A stretch of 39,436 nucleotides of DNA, from NCBI GenBank assembly GCA_032718475.1, contig JAUCBJ010005029.1, forward strand, positions 1 through 39,436, given 5' to 3'. The stretch is from Nemertoderma westbladi. Lineage: Eukaryota > Animalia > Xenacoelomorpha. The notes under the pieces are model-generated. The model was not told the DNA's origin and ran no database searches. It saw only the letters and a list, made by a program, of their open reading frames with translations. Position 1 is the stretch's first letter; the number at the start of each line of letters is the position of its first letter. Below, in pieces: positions 11,458-22,481 of the stretch. Both the position numbers and the translations under genes were made by a program.

Positions 11458-12660
11458 TTTATTATTATTATTATCGTTCACATAGGAACAGAAAATACTT
11501 ATGCCCGGTAAGTGACGACTGCAAAGACAAAATAGTTGAAATAGTAAAACACAAGCCCAAAAAAAGAAAACAGATAAGTAAACAAAGGAGATTAATCAAT
11601 CATGATCAACTACTAGATACGTACAGTAAATAATATCCTGAATTTCAATTCTACTGAACCCATTTATTTCTAGCCCAAACTTTAAGACCCCTGATAATTC
11701 CCTGCACATAGCTAACCTCCAATTAGAATTAGGTGGTGAGTCAACATACCGTAACATACTGACTGCAATTTTATTTAAACCATTTATTTATTATTTAAAA
11801 TCTCCGACAATCATTATGTACCAAATTAGCCACGAAGCGAACAATTTAGAAAAATTTATAACACTACTATTAAAATTAACAAACCTCTTACAAAGCAAAA
11901 TCTTTTGGTCTGTAAAATGAACCAACCGCTCAATTATAAATCTATGCGAATTGTTTGGTAATCCAAAAATATATAGCACATTATTATTCCAGGCCGTAAA
12001 AATTCTATTACAATTATCGGACCATAGAAACTGCCATAGAAACTGGTTGTATACAATTTTTGTATCTTCGTTAACATTTCAGGTCTTGTAAAATGAAATT
12101 CCTGCCTTAAACTAAGTTTTCCAAAAAAAGCAACCCTTTAATAAGTTGCAATTATTATTCAAAACAATACCCAAATACACTGCTTCATCGACCCAGGGCA
12201 GTGAAACGCCATCCACAACTATATTACAAGTAGGCAATGGGCGTTATAAGTTAAAAGCAACGCATTTAGATTTGCACTTAGAGGGATCAATATTGTTACT
12301 TAATTTAACATTATATTCATTACAAAAATTAGCACATATATCAACCAATGTATTGCAACTCAATAATACTCGGTCAAGGTAGTAACACATCATCCCCATA
12401 AGCGAGACAACCAAAATATATAGACCTTAATAAACAACCAACCCTAGATGACCTCAGTTTTACTAATAATATGTTAAGCACTATACAAAATAAAATTTGC
12501 GAAATTACAGACCATTGTCTGACACCATTCCGTACCGAAAATTGACTGGAAGAGACGTTATTCCAACGTACTCTACAGGTTTGATTACAAATATAAAAAC
12601 AAAAGTAATCTTAAATCCAAAAGACATCCTAACAATGGTGTTCTCTGTCTATCATAATAA
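11458..12660 (-). mobile_element. Decayed L2/CR1-group LINE 3' fragment
   Basis: Minus-strand frames give NGVRQWSVISQILF (near 12500-12535), YFGCLAYGDDVLL (near 12382-12420) and YLGIV (near 12170); it ends in an (AAT)n tail near 11460-11475. Confidence 0.7.
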
Positions 12661-12805
12661 TTGATTAATTCACAGGCAGTCCACGTGCACATTACTGTGC
12701 TTATTGTAAAACTGGTCGAGATTGCTGGTCCAATAATGAAGAGCGGATTATTCGTTATTTAGGAAATGGGCACTGATGATGACTGGGTTATTATATAATA
12801 TAGTT

Positions 12806-12863
12806 AGTAACACATTTAGTAATACATTTAGTAACACATTTAGTGACACATTTAGTGACACAT
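12806..12863. repeat. 12-bp tandem repeat (TAGTRACACATT)x5
   Basis: Directly visible. Confidence 0.9.
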
Positions 12864-13346
12864 TTTCAATTTCTTTGAAAAATATCGGTACTTAAGTGAA
12901 ATTGGCAAATTATTGAAGAGGGATTCTCTCTCAAATCAAAACAGTAAACGATATCATTACCAAATGAGGAAAATTAGCATCTTAAAGAAGCCGGTTCTAC
13001 CAACAAAAACAATAAAGTATAAAAGAAGCTAAATAATTATTGTAACTCACGGTTGCAGTTTCACAAGGTTGGGAATAAATTAAATGATGCGCCTCGATCA
13101 ACCCTTTCCACCCTTTGCTCAAACAACATTAATAATTATTATTTGGATCACCTAATTTTACTTTAGGTAACATCTTTCATCCTTAATCTAAAATGTTATT
13201 GGTTTAGTCAGTTTTGAAGCCCTTATGATCTGTGTAAGATTCTTTGCCTGGGAAGGGCGCCACTTCGACATCCGGCCTTGTCATAAGTACAAAATACAGA
13301 GCTGACATAGTGATATAGGGAAAAAAATTTATTAACATGTAAAGAG

Positions 13347-14098
13347 AGAAATGGCTACTGACCGTACCCATTCACCAGGCCCTCTAAATACCGTATTAAA
13401 GCTTTATATTTAATTTATATTTTACTTGTGTATTATTGACCAGACCCTTATTACCACAATTACTAGGATCGAAATGCTGCATTGCAGCTGCATTTTTAAG
13501 AATGCTGTGCCGGCTTGTCGACAAAATTACGCCGCCACAACTCACTATCACCCATGACATTTGCTAGATCATCCGCATCTTCAAGACCAGTGTCCTTTAA
13601 GATGCGTCTCAAGAAAGTCATGAACTGTCCACCATGCTTATTGATTCCATAAGGCCACCAAGCACAAGATTGTCCACTGGCTGGTCCTCACGGCGAAAGC
13701 GTTGTCCTGTAAAGCGGAGGCGGCTTTGTTCTAGTGTCAAGCTTGGAGGAATCAATGAGACACCTCCAATGTTATATAGTGTTTGGTTGGAGATGTGTGC
13801 ATTATATTTGACACAGTTAACCCGGCCGGCGTAGCATTCTTGTGAATGTGCCATCCAGAGATTTGGTGTCCTCAGCAGTGTATACCACAATTACCACAAT
13901 AATACTACAATTACGAAACCTGCATAATCTTGTAGCATGTGTTAACTTTTGTTTATTGTTTTGGTTCCCCCAAAACACCTCTGTAATCTGCTCCTTTACT
14001 AACCTGAACTTTAAATGGTAATGGGTCCAGTCAAGGGGTCCGGTCAATGGGTCCGGTCAATGGGTCCAGTCAATGGGTCCGGTCAGTAGCCTTTGCCT
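13347..14098. mobile_element. MITE with TIR GGCTACTGACCGKACCCATT and 13-bp subterminal repeats; hosts an RTE insertion
   Basis: 13352-13375 is the inverse of the right end; (AATGGGTCCRGTC)x5 at 14020-14084. Confidence 0.65.
13464..13882 (-). mobile_element. 5'-truncated RTE 3' end with 12-bp TSD
   Basis: High similarity to 10612-10790; flanked by TACCACAATTAC at 13452-13463 and 13883-13894. Confidence 0.9.
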
Positions 14099-15369
14099 AT
14101 AAAGAGCATGTCCAATCACAGATTTATGCTACCAATTACGTTTATAATGCTTATCTGTGTTTGTGGTGCCGTTCCAAATTTGTTTGAGTTTTATAATAAT
14201 TTGCAAAAAACAACCATAGGCTACTTACTGCGTCGCGTTGGCCACTTAGTCACATGACATATGCAAGAGTTCATCACCTCTACAATAACTATACAATAAT
14301 ATATTAATATATAGTATACAATAATTGTATATATAGTCTGGCAAAAAAAAATTTTTTTAACTTAGAGCATATTTAGTACAGAAAAGCTTTTGAAATATTT
14401 TTGTTTAGTGTCGAACCTAATTCAGGATGGAAAGGGTTAAGTTATGGTGCCGGGAATCATCAAATACACTGAAACACAGTTACACATACATTTGTGATGG
14501 AAAAACCGTGTCAACGGCAATTAGTGGAATGATAATATCCATAGCAGACTGCTCAAAGTTAGAAGGAACAAAAAACATTGTATAATATATAAAAACCGAA
14601 TATATTTATATTCGTGAACCTATTGAACCAAAAGATATAGTGAAATTGAAAATAGGTCGCAGTGAGAAAGCACATATAATATCACATTATAAATCATTAA
14701 CCTGAAATGAAAATGTTACATAATTTAACAATAATTTAACTAGAATATGTATAACCTTGTCGGTATAATTATGAATTCAGAGTGAGAATATTAAATTACA
14801 TTCCGTGAGGTTTTCTCCACGTAATGTAGTTGTAGCTTTAGACTCATAGCAATAGCAGAATGTAGTATTGATCGATAACACTCATTGCCTTGTACAGCAG
14901 TGTGGGCTTGTTTTTCTTATTGGATTGAATGACGTTAAAAGTATTGATAAAACAAATCGAATACCTAAATAATAACACCGGGGGGCCTGTTTCCGCTTGC
15001 TAAGCAATGCAATTAGAAGCTCAAAGAAGATATTAGCTTGCATTCACCCTTTCTTGGCACCAGCAAACATTAACACTCTACTGCCTGCCAATATATAATT
15101 TATTATATATTATATGGTTATTAATCATCACATACAACATGTTCGTAGGGCCTTCGTGCAGGTCGGAGTAAGCAAACGTGGGTTCCAACCACTATTCCAA
15201 CCGTTGTCTTGTCGCCCTCAATTCAGGAGACTGGAAAACTGCTGAGTCCCCCACGCAAATTATATTTCAGACTTTCGACAAACCAACACTACTGTAATCG
15301 ACCTGCTGCATTGAAACTGCACATTGAGCTTAACAAAACATTTCTCACGACCATGCAATCCACAATTGG

Positions 15370-15995
15370 CATGCCTTATGCAGCATGCATTACGAATGCT
15401 ATGCCGGCTTATCAACAAAATTGCACCGAAACAACTCCCTATCCCCAATCCCCCATGACTTTCGCGACATTATCCGCATCGTCAAGGCCAGTGTGTCCTT
15501 TAGGAGGCAAGGCGCTCACGAAAGTCATGTGCTGTCACATGCTCATTGCTCAGGCATACCATCCTTTGAATTAATGCTAATCCGATCAAAGATTTGCTGA
15601 GGACTTTCAAAGTTAACTGTCCAAATTTTGGTCTGTTTGGAATTAATAAAAATGCAAAACTATGTAGAGGCAGCCTGTTCTAATGTGCAGTTGGGCTCCC
15701 TCTAGTGATTCTGAGAATGCTCCTAAGTCATCAGCAAAGTCTAGATCAGTTAGGTACTTGGCAGGATTTCCTCGACTTATGGAGCCAGTAGGTGGATCAT
15801 TAGATCCTTAGATCATCATAATGATAATGGGGTGATGATAACACCCCATTATCATTATGATGATCTAAGGACATGCGTAGAACATAGTCAACCACAATTA
15901 TGAATAAGAATGGTGCAAGTGTGTCTCCCTGGAGGACTCCCTATAACACTTCGAATGGTTCTGTATCACCGGCAACAGTAGCCACAAATGTTATC
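15370..15995 (-). mobile_element. Rearranged RTE fragment (3' end fused to RT region)
   Basis: 15370-15538 matches the RTE 3' end; 15540-15995 matches about 9995-10410. Confidence 0.85.
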
Positions 15996-16679
15996 GACAA
16001 ACCAACAACATCTGTATTTTGTTTAAATGCATCAAAGATTGACTGGGTCATTAGCCGTCAAACATTCGCCGATTGACCGACAGAAAGACCGACCAACCAA
16101 CAGACAACGGCCGATTTCGTATGCTAGGCCCGCTTACTTCGTCGCTTGCCCGACAACCATGTGCGTGAATGGAATGTATGGGTCATGGTGTATTTTATAG
16201 AAGTTCTGTTAAGTCATATCTTAAAAGTAAGCTATGTTTTTGTATTTTTTTTGAAAATCGCTTAAAAGTATGGTATTTTATTGCATTTGAATCAATTTAT
16301 ACATCGCTTAAAAGAAGCAATGGTTTTTTATTTGACTTTAAAAATCGCTTAAAAGTAAGGTATTTTATGTAAGTTCTGTTAAAACATCTTAAAAGTAAGC
16401 TATGTTAACAAATTACATATCGGACATTTGGCCTGAAGACAATTTTCCCCCACGGAACAATTACATTCTACAATACATACACAAATAAAATAGAAACAAA
16501 AGTAAAGGTGCTTGTCAAAACAATAAAAAATAAAAATTAATGTAAAATAACTTTCAGTTTGGGCCATACGATTTCATTTAATGTCTCGTCCCGCATTTGT
16601 AACATTAATTCGCACACCTCAAAGCCATATTCATTGCACCGTTATCCTTATGTAGATTAATAGGGATTACGTCTCTCGT

Positions 16680-16753
16680 GGCCGGTTAGCTCAGTTGGTT
16701 AGAGCGTCGTGCTAATAACGCGAATGTCATGGGTTCGACCCCCATACTGGCCA
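16680..16753 (+). tRNA. tRNA-Ile (anticodon AAT)
   Basis: Full cloverleaf: acceptor GGCCGGT/ACTGGCC, D arm GCTC/GAGC, anticodon arm TCGTG-CTAATAA-CGCGA, T arm ATGGG-TTCGACC-CCCAT, discriminator A. Confidence 0.95.
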
Positions 16754-16758
16754 GTTAC

Positions 16759-16764
16759 TTTTTT
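16759..16764 (+). terminator. Pol III terminator (T6)
   Basis: Oligo-T run 5 nt after the tRNA. Confidence 0.75.
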
Positions 16765-17021
16765 CTGAATCAGAAGGTTCATGCCGCGCTGAATTCAAAC
16801 GCCTACTGACAAATTAACTTGTTTGAATTGAAGCCTAGATTTAAATTGTCAAATAGTATAATAATTTTTGTTGTTTTGTTTTTGTTGTAAGTCAATTCTT
16901 TAGTCAAAGTCGTTAACAAGTTTGACATAAAAATAACACTTCTTCTGTCAACACAAAAAGTAATGTTTCCATGACATTAATAATATTATTGCATTTAAAT
17001 AGATAATAGGTGTTCTAATAC

Positions 17022-17235
17022 AAGCTAGTTTTTGCTAATTTTTTATAAATGATATAGAACACGTGTTAGCTATCAATTTTGATAAATATTTTTGTTCTAG
17101 AACACTTTTTTGTTCTAGAACACGGTTTATATTTTTTATATTAGCTAGTTTTTTCTACTTTTTATAAATGTTTCACAACACTTTAGTTATCAATTTTTAT
17201 AAATATTTTTGTTCTAGAACACTTTTTTTTCCAGA
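17022..17235. repeat. Degenerate AT-rich tandem duplication, period about 121 bp
   Basis: AGCTAGTTTT...TATCAATTTT...TTGTTCTAGAACACTTTTT occurs from 17022 and again from 17143. Confidence 0.7.
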
Positions 17236-17700
17236 ACATTTTTTTGAAAAAAAAATACCATACTCAGAAGGTGAAATATTTTTTCTAGAAAAAAAAAACC
17301 TCATGATAAAAGCCTTTTCATTTGAAAAAAAAATTGGTCAAACTATGGGTACCCTAGGTGTAATGCTTGTATTTCACTATGGAAGAAGCTTCGATGGACG
17401 ACATTTATGCTGAAATAGTCCCAGATAAAAGTGAGGAAGACTTACAACAAATAAAACGACGGAAGTGGTGGCAAAAAGTAACATTTGCTTTCTTATTATT
17501 ATAAAAAAGCCTACTTTTTTTGCCACCACTGAAATAGTTAAAGGGAGACATCAATGTAAACGTCTTAATTAATAGGGACGCTTCGTCATCTCCGGGAACG
17601 TCTACAGTAGTTTGTGCGATGGAACTCAAACAAAATGTTGTGTTTTTTGATATCAAATTATCCAAATAAATATATTTTCATTGATGGAATACGATGTTTT

Positions 17701-17808
17701 AAATCTTGGGATAGGAGTAGCGCCCACCCCTACCCTTGGGTAGCAGCTGTCGAAAGAGGAGCCTTCGGGCCGCCTCCGGCTTCGGCCGACTGTTTGCTTT
17801 GCTTGCTA
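17701..17808 (+). mobile_element. SINE family A, 3' portion only
   Basis: Near-identical to 25581-25677. Confidence 0.85.
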
Positions 17809-18494
17809 TAGAAAAAAACGTTATCATCCGTACACTGCGATCACGATTTAAAGGATTATTTGCGTATTAGCAAAAAGTTCTGAAATTTAAATGGCTTTTC
17901 CCCACAATCGGGAGTTCCATTAAACCCTTAATATACGAAATGTAACGACCGAAATCTACAAACCGGTAATCCAGTAATTGTACGGGTTGGCGATTTTAAG
18001 TATACAATAAGTTTATTACAAAGTAAAAATTGACAGTGACAGAAAAGGGGTCTAGTAATGTGTAATGCGATGTCTCTGCCACGCAGACCTTACCAGTTGC
18101 CAACCCCAAGGCACGCCGAGATAGCGGGCCGCCACGGAGGAGCGCGAACTGCAGACGCCGCCAGAGACCCCCCCCCCCCCCCCCCCCCAAACACTCGCGA
18201 GGCCACACTCCGCATCCTTCGGTAAATAGTAATATTTTATATTAATACAAATTCTTAAAAATATATAGAAGAGCAATTGAATCATTAATAAACCCCATTT
18301 CCCGATCCTGCTTTCGCCAGTGAAGACAGGGAAGCAAGAATGGAAAGAGAAAGAAGAAGTGTAAAAGGAGCATGTATAGAAGTCGAAGAGCGAAGCGGTC
18401 TACTGGGCCTACTGCGAGAAGGGAAAAAATAAAGGGGAAAGTCACCGATCGAAGTTCGGTTTATTTGGGAAATATAAACCCCACACAACACCAA

Positions 18495-18765
18495 GTTCCC
18501 CCTTGGTTTAGTGGTTGAATTGAATTCACATCTCTCCGGAGGTCGTGGGTTCGATCCCCCATGGGGACCAGGGCAGTTTTCGCTTAGGCATAAATGCTTT
18601 AAAGGGTCCAGCCAGACTCTGCCTTGTATCTAAGTGGTAGCTAAATGGTTACTGAAGTTTTCTCTGGGGAGTAAAGTTCTGGGGGGACCGTACTGAAAAT
18701 AAGTCGTCAGACTTTGTGTGTAGCCCCTGGCCTAAAAGCTGAATAAAACTTTACTTAAATTATAA
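18495..18765 (+). mobile_element. tRNA-derived SINE family B
   Basis: Head GTTCCCC...GGGGACC with A box TGGTTTAGTGG and B box GGTTCGATCCC, a non-canonical anticodon arm, about 180 bp of body ending GAATAAAAC and an AT-rich tail. Only one copy in the window. Confidence 0.7.
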
Positions 18766-18826
18766 TAATATAATAATTAAACTGAAAGAAAATAATAAAC
18801 CCATTTCTATTTCTAACTGCAATCTA

Positions 18827-19034
18827 CCACTACTAACTGCACCCCACTAACTGCACCCCACTAACTGCACCCCACTAACTGCACCCCACTAACTGCACCC
18901 TACTAACTGCACCGACTAACTGCACCCCACTAACTGTACCCACTAACTGCACCCCACTAACTGCACCGACTAACTGCACCCACTAACTGCACCCTACTAA
19001 CTGCACCCACTAACTGCACCCACTAACTGCACCC
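18827..19034. repeat. 13-14 bp minisatellite (ACTAACTGCACCCC)n, about 15 units
   Basis: Directly visible. Confidence 0.95.
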
Positions 19035-19304
19035 TGAATACAGGCCAATCAGTGACTTACAGTATCTTAGTTACAGCCAATAATTGACTATTTCGGTAGG
19101 GAAACTATTTGCGAAATATTCTTGGCTATATATTGCTTAGTAGAATTGTTCAATGCATCACTCACATTTGGTGCTGTTTAATTTAATTCATTATCAAAGC
19201 AACAACACAATTTTAATTTAATACTAAACCAAATCCCCCCCCCCCCCGCCATTTACCCAATTTAATTAAATACTCCAAAGAAAACGTTGTATTTTCTAAT
19301 TGGC

Positions 19305-19933
19305 CTATTTCTTAACGCTTTTAGGACAAGAAGCCTCGACTGCAGACATAACAGTTCCCCTGAAACCGCCTCGTTCTAGAACCTGAATCCCTTTGATTGT
19401 GGATCCGGCCGGGGAGCAAACATTGTCCTTCAGCCTTCCGGGGTGCTCCCCGGATTCCATGACCATCGTCCCGGAACCAATGAGAGTCTGAGACGCGAGA
19501 CGCACCGCGAGATTCCGGGGGAGCCCCATGAGTACAGCCCCGTCTGCCAGCGCCTCGACGGCTAAATACATGAAAGCGATGGCGGAACCGCATAAAGAGG
19601 CCACGATGTTAACGTGACCCTCCTCTAACTCCTCCACCAGCCCAATAGAACCGAACAAGGTGTTAACCAACTCTTTATCCGCCGCCGTCACCTCGGGACT
19701 GCAGCAGTAAGCGGAAACCCCGCAACGCGCCGCTGTCGCAGTGTTGGGGGCGAGTTTAACGAAACGAGTTCCCCAACCCAACGCTAGGAGGTGCTCCTCC
19801 AGACTCAGCAACGGACACAAACTGATTACCAGTTTCGGGTTGCCCACTACACAACTCAATATCACTTCCTTCATCTTATAAGGCTTAACGGCGAGAATAA
19901 TGACGTCACTATCTGCAACAACCTTAGCATTAT
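19305..19933 (-). CDS. PYCR: Pyrroline-5-carboxylate reductase (PYCR3-like), exon 3 of 3
   Basis: Acceptor TTGCAG; reads DNAKVVADSDVIILAVKP...EALADGAV.MGLPR..A..LASQT..G...HPG.LKD.VCSPAGSTI. The spliced CDS is 91+99+629 = 819 nt (272 aa). Confidence 0.92.
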
Positions 19934-20309
19934 CTGCAATTATAGTATTATATTATTTAATTAAGAGAACTTACTACTAGAGGTGCTTTACAAGAGGCCC
20001 AAACACAACATTACAATAAAATGTCACCTTTCATATTATTGCCTAAGGTGATTAAAAATAAAGAATAAATTACATAACTTTTCTCCCTAATGACGTATTT
20101 TAACTCTAAAACGTCCCATTAATAATAATGAAACATTATGAAGCTCATTTACAGATACAGTACCAGTAGGCCTATATTTATCAAATTTCCCAGAGCAAAC
20201 CGTATATTCCTACAGTTAATACTTCATTATATTTTGGATTCTGGGTCGGAAAAAATAAATGTGTCTAAAATATAATTATAGAACACCCCAGACGTCTTCG
20301 TGTAAATAC

Positions 20310-20408
20310 CTTTAGTCGTTGTTATTCCAATATCCGCCCACTTCTTATCTTGTGGTGAGTTACCGGAAGTAGGATGGCTAGCTGATATGTTACTACAACT
20401 AATTTTAC
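20310..20408 (-). CDS. PYCR: Pyrroline-5-carboxylate reductase, exon 2 of 3
   Basis: Acceptor TTTATTTCAG, donor GTATTT; 99-nt phase 1/1 exon (GKISCSNISASHP...IGITTTK) keeps the frame. Confidence 0.8.
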
Positions 20409-20871
20409 CTGAAATAAAAACAAAGTAAGTTAAGGTAAGGTAGGTAGGCAATATAGGGAGGGATATGATATCTGGATATAGGGGTAGGGATTAATATTAA
20501 ACCATAATTATTTGTGATAGAATTATAACAGAAAGCAATTGGTATTCTTTTACTTCGTCATTGACTTTCTCTTTCGAATTAATTTTAACTTAACTGCTGA
20601 ACGGGCATTCATTCCTACATTTTAAATATGGTCAACAGGGGCAGCAAAGAAAACTTTACGAGTCGAGGCTTTAGTGAGAGGTACCTAGATGCTAGATGGG
20701 GTTCTGTCGGACACTGGAAATATGAAAGTCAGATATAACCAGGATATACTAGACTAGATACAGATACTACTGTACTAGAATGTCTTTTGAAGTTCGCTGT
20801 ACAGAAATCTCGTAGTCTAGATTACAGATTACCTATACGTATGATTGAAATTGATGGGTGGCAATACGAAC

Positions 20872-20962
20872 CCGATTTAACAAACCCCGCAGCTATTGCA
20901 ATAGCCATGTTTCCAGCACCAATAAATCCAATTTTAATTGAAAGTTTCGCTTCATTATCCAT
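20872..20962 (-). CDS. PYCR: Pyrroline-5-carboxylate reductase, exon 1 of 3
   Basis: MDNEAKLSIKIGFIGAGNMAIAIAAGFVKSG Rossmann motif; phase-1 donor GTTCGT. Confidence 0.85.
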
Positions 20963-21281
20963 TTCCAAAATGTATACCGGTACACTCTTCTTCAAGTCAA
21001 AATACGTCAGAGTAAGCAGTACCGGTAATAGAGCAAAGAGAATAATAACTAAAATAGGCCTATGTTCAATAACGGAAATTATTCTATTATTGGCTGCTTG
21101 GAGTGTGTGAATGACATAAATGTCAGTGACTACAGGCTGACAGGCACAGGAGTGAAAGTACAATAATATCAAAGATGAAGTACAGTTGTACACTACCAGT
21201 ATTCTATTCTAGGAGTACAGTAGGCTCTAACATGTGATGTACAGATGTAGGCCTATATGGCTACTACCGGTACTGTTGCCA

Positions 21282-22481
21282 GGGTGTTTGAAAAAGGTGG
21301 ACTGGACACAGAAACCATGGACAATGGACAGACCAATCAGAAACGTATTCTGCAAAGCAGTTTGTATCAATTGGTCTGTCCACCTTTTTCAGTTTTCGCT
21401 TTCTTAGTTACATAATTGGGAATAATATGTGTGTTTGAAAAAGGTGGACGGGACACATAAAACAGATAATAGTCTGACCAATCAGAAACGAACCTATTAA
21501 AGCAATGCTATTTATTAGTGATTGGACTGTCCACCTTTTTCAGGTTTAAATTATCTATCAATAATGGGCATGCTGGAAGCAGTTGCATTAAGAATGCTGC
21601 CGGTGTCCTAGGCGTATCTACCCCCCCCCCCCCCCCCCCCCCCCCGCGGATTGCCCCACCTATAGACTCACAGTATAATAATAGTACTGTAGGTGTAGGT
21701 CTAGCGTACCGTACAGCACTTTGACTTGGATTTATTGGTTTATTTTTGTGGTTGGGTTAGTTGGTCTGGCCCAAACCCTAATTAAAACTGTCATTATTAG
21801 TAACCCTAGGCCCCTACTGTATAACCTTAAAGTCATGATGGTCTAATGTAAGAAATTTTGTGGAATTTAGGATCCTAAATATTTAAGGTTGCGGTTTACA
21901 TGACAGTTTTAATTAAGGTTTTGGGCCTCCATTTCCACTTTGAATTAGGATTTCGGACCGCCACTCCCAAAATATGGGAACTTATTTACCTCCATCGCTG
22001 CGCTCGGTCGTTTAATAACATATCTCGGGATGATTATATTCCCCTCATAGTACAATACAGCAATAGATAGTTATTATAATTAACTTTATACTGTAATGAA
22101 TTATAATATTGACGTTCCAATATTGATGCTAAGGCTGTAAGGCTCAACTCACAGACTTCAAGGATCGTCCCATATTATTGAACTATGCATATTTCGACAA
22201 CTTCGGTTGGTCACAGTAATAATAATAATAACAATAATAATCCATAAAAACCTTCTGAAATTTTTTGAAAAACGTGGACAGAGCTGCTATAATGTACAAA
22301 TCAATCTGATTGGTGAATTCATTGCCTGTTCGTTCTCAAACCAGTCCACCTTATTCAAAGTTGAAAAAGATGGACAACAAAGCTGAAAAGGGTGGACATG
22401 CTGTGTGACGCAAATCGCCCCTGATTATGGTCTGTCCATTGTCCATGTTTTCTGTGTCCAGTCCACCTTTTTCAAACACCC
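21282..22481. mobile_element. Non-autonomous Mutator-like element (MULE), 1200 bp
   Basis: About 60-bp TIRs GGGTGTTTGAAAAAGGTGGACTGGACACAG...; perfect 9-bp TSD CTGTTGCCA (21273-21281, 22482-22490); internal TIR-derived repeats. Confidence 0.9.
21768..21927. repeat. Small inverted-repeat module within the MULE
   Basis: GGCCCAAACCCTAATTAAAACTGTCAT ... ATGACAGTTTTAATTAAGGTTTTGGGCC. Confidence 0.65.

Noticed and set aside
16000-16157. Possible further Helentron-type end (similar hint at 28100-28490)
   Set aside because: Suggestive micro-repeat and hairpin only; the partner terminus was not found.
18167-18188. Long poly-C/G tracts here and at several other sites
   Set aside because: No shared context, and homopolymer lengths are unreliable in assemblies.
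17941-18490. Solo LTR starting TGTAACGACC
   Set aside because: No matching 3' end with a TSD could be found.
18495-18570. Functional tRNA gene
   Set aside because: Anticodon arm is unpaired and there is no T-run terminator; treated as a SINE head.
20963-21193. Hydrophobic N-terminal extension of PYCR from the ORF track
   Set aside because: It relies on a non-ATG start; the ATG at 20962 gives a normal-length enzyme.
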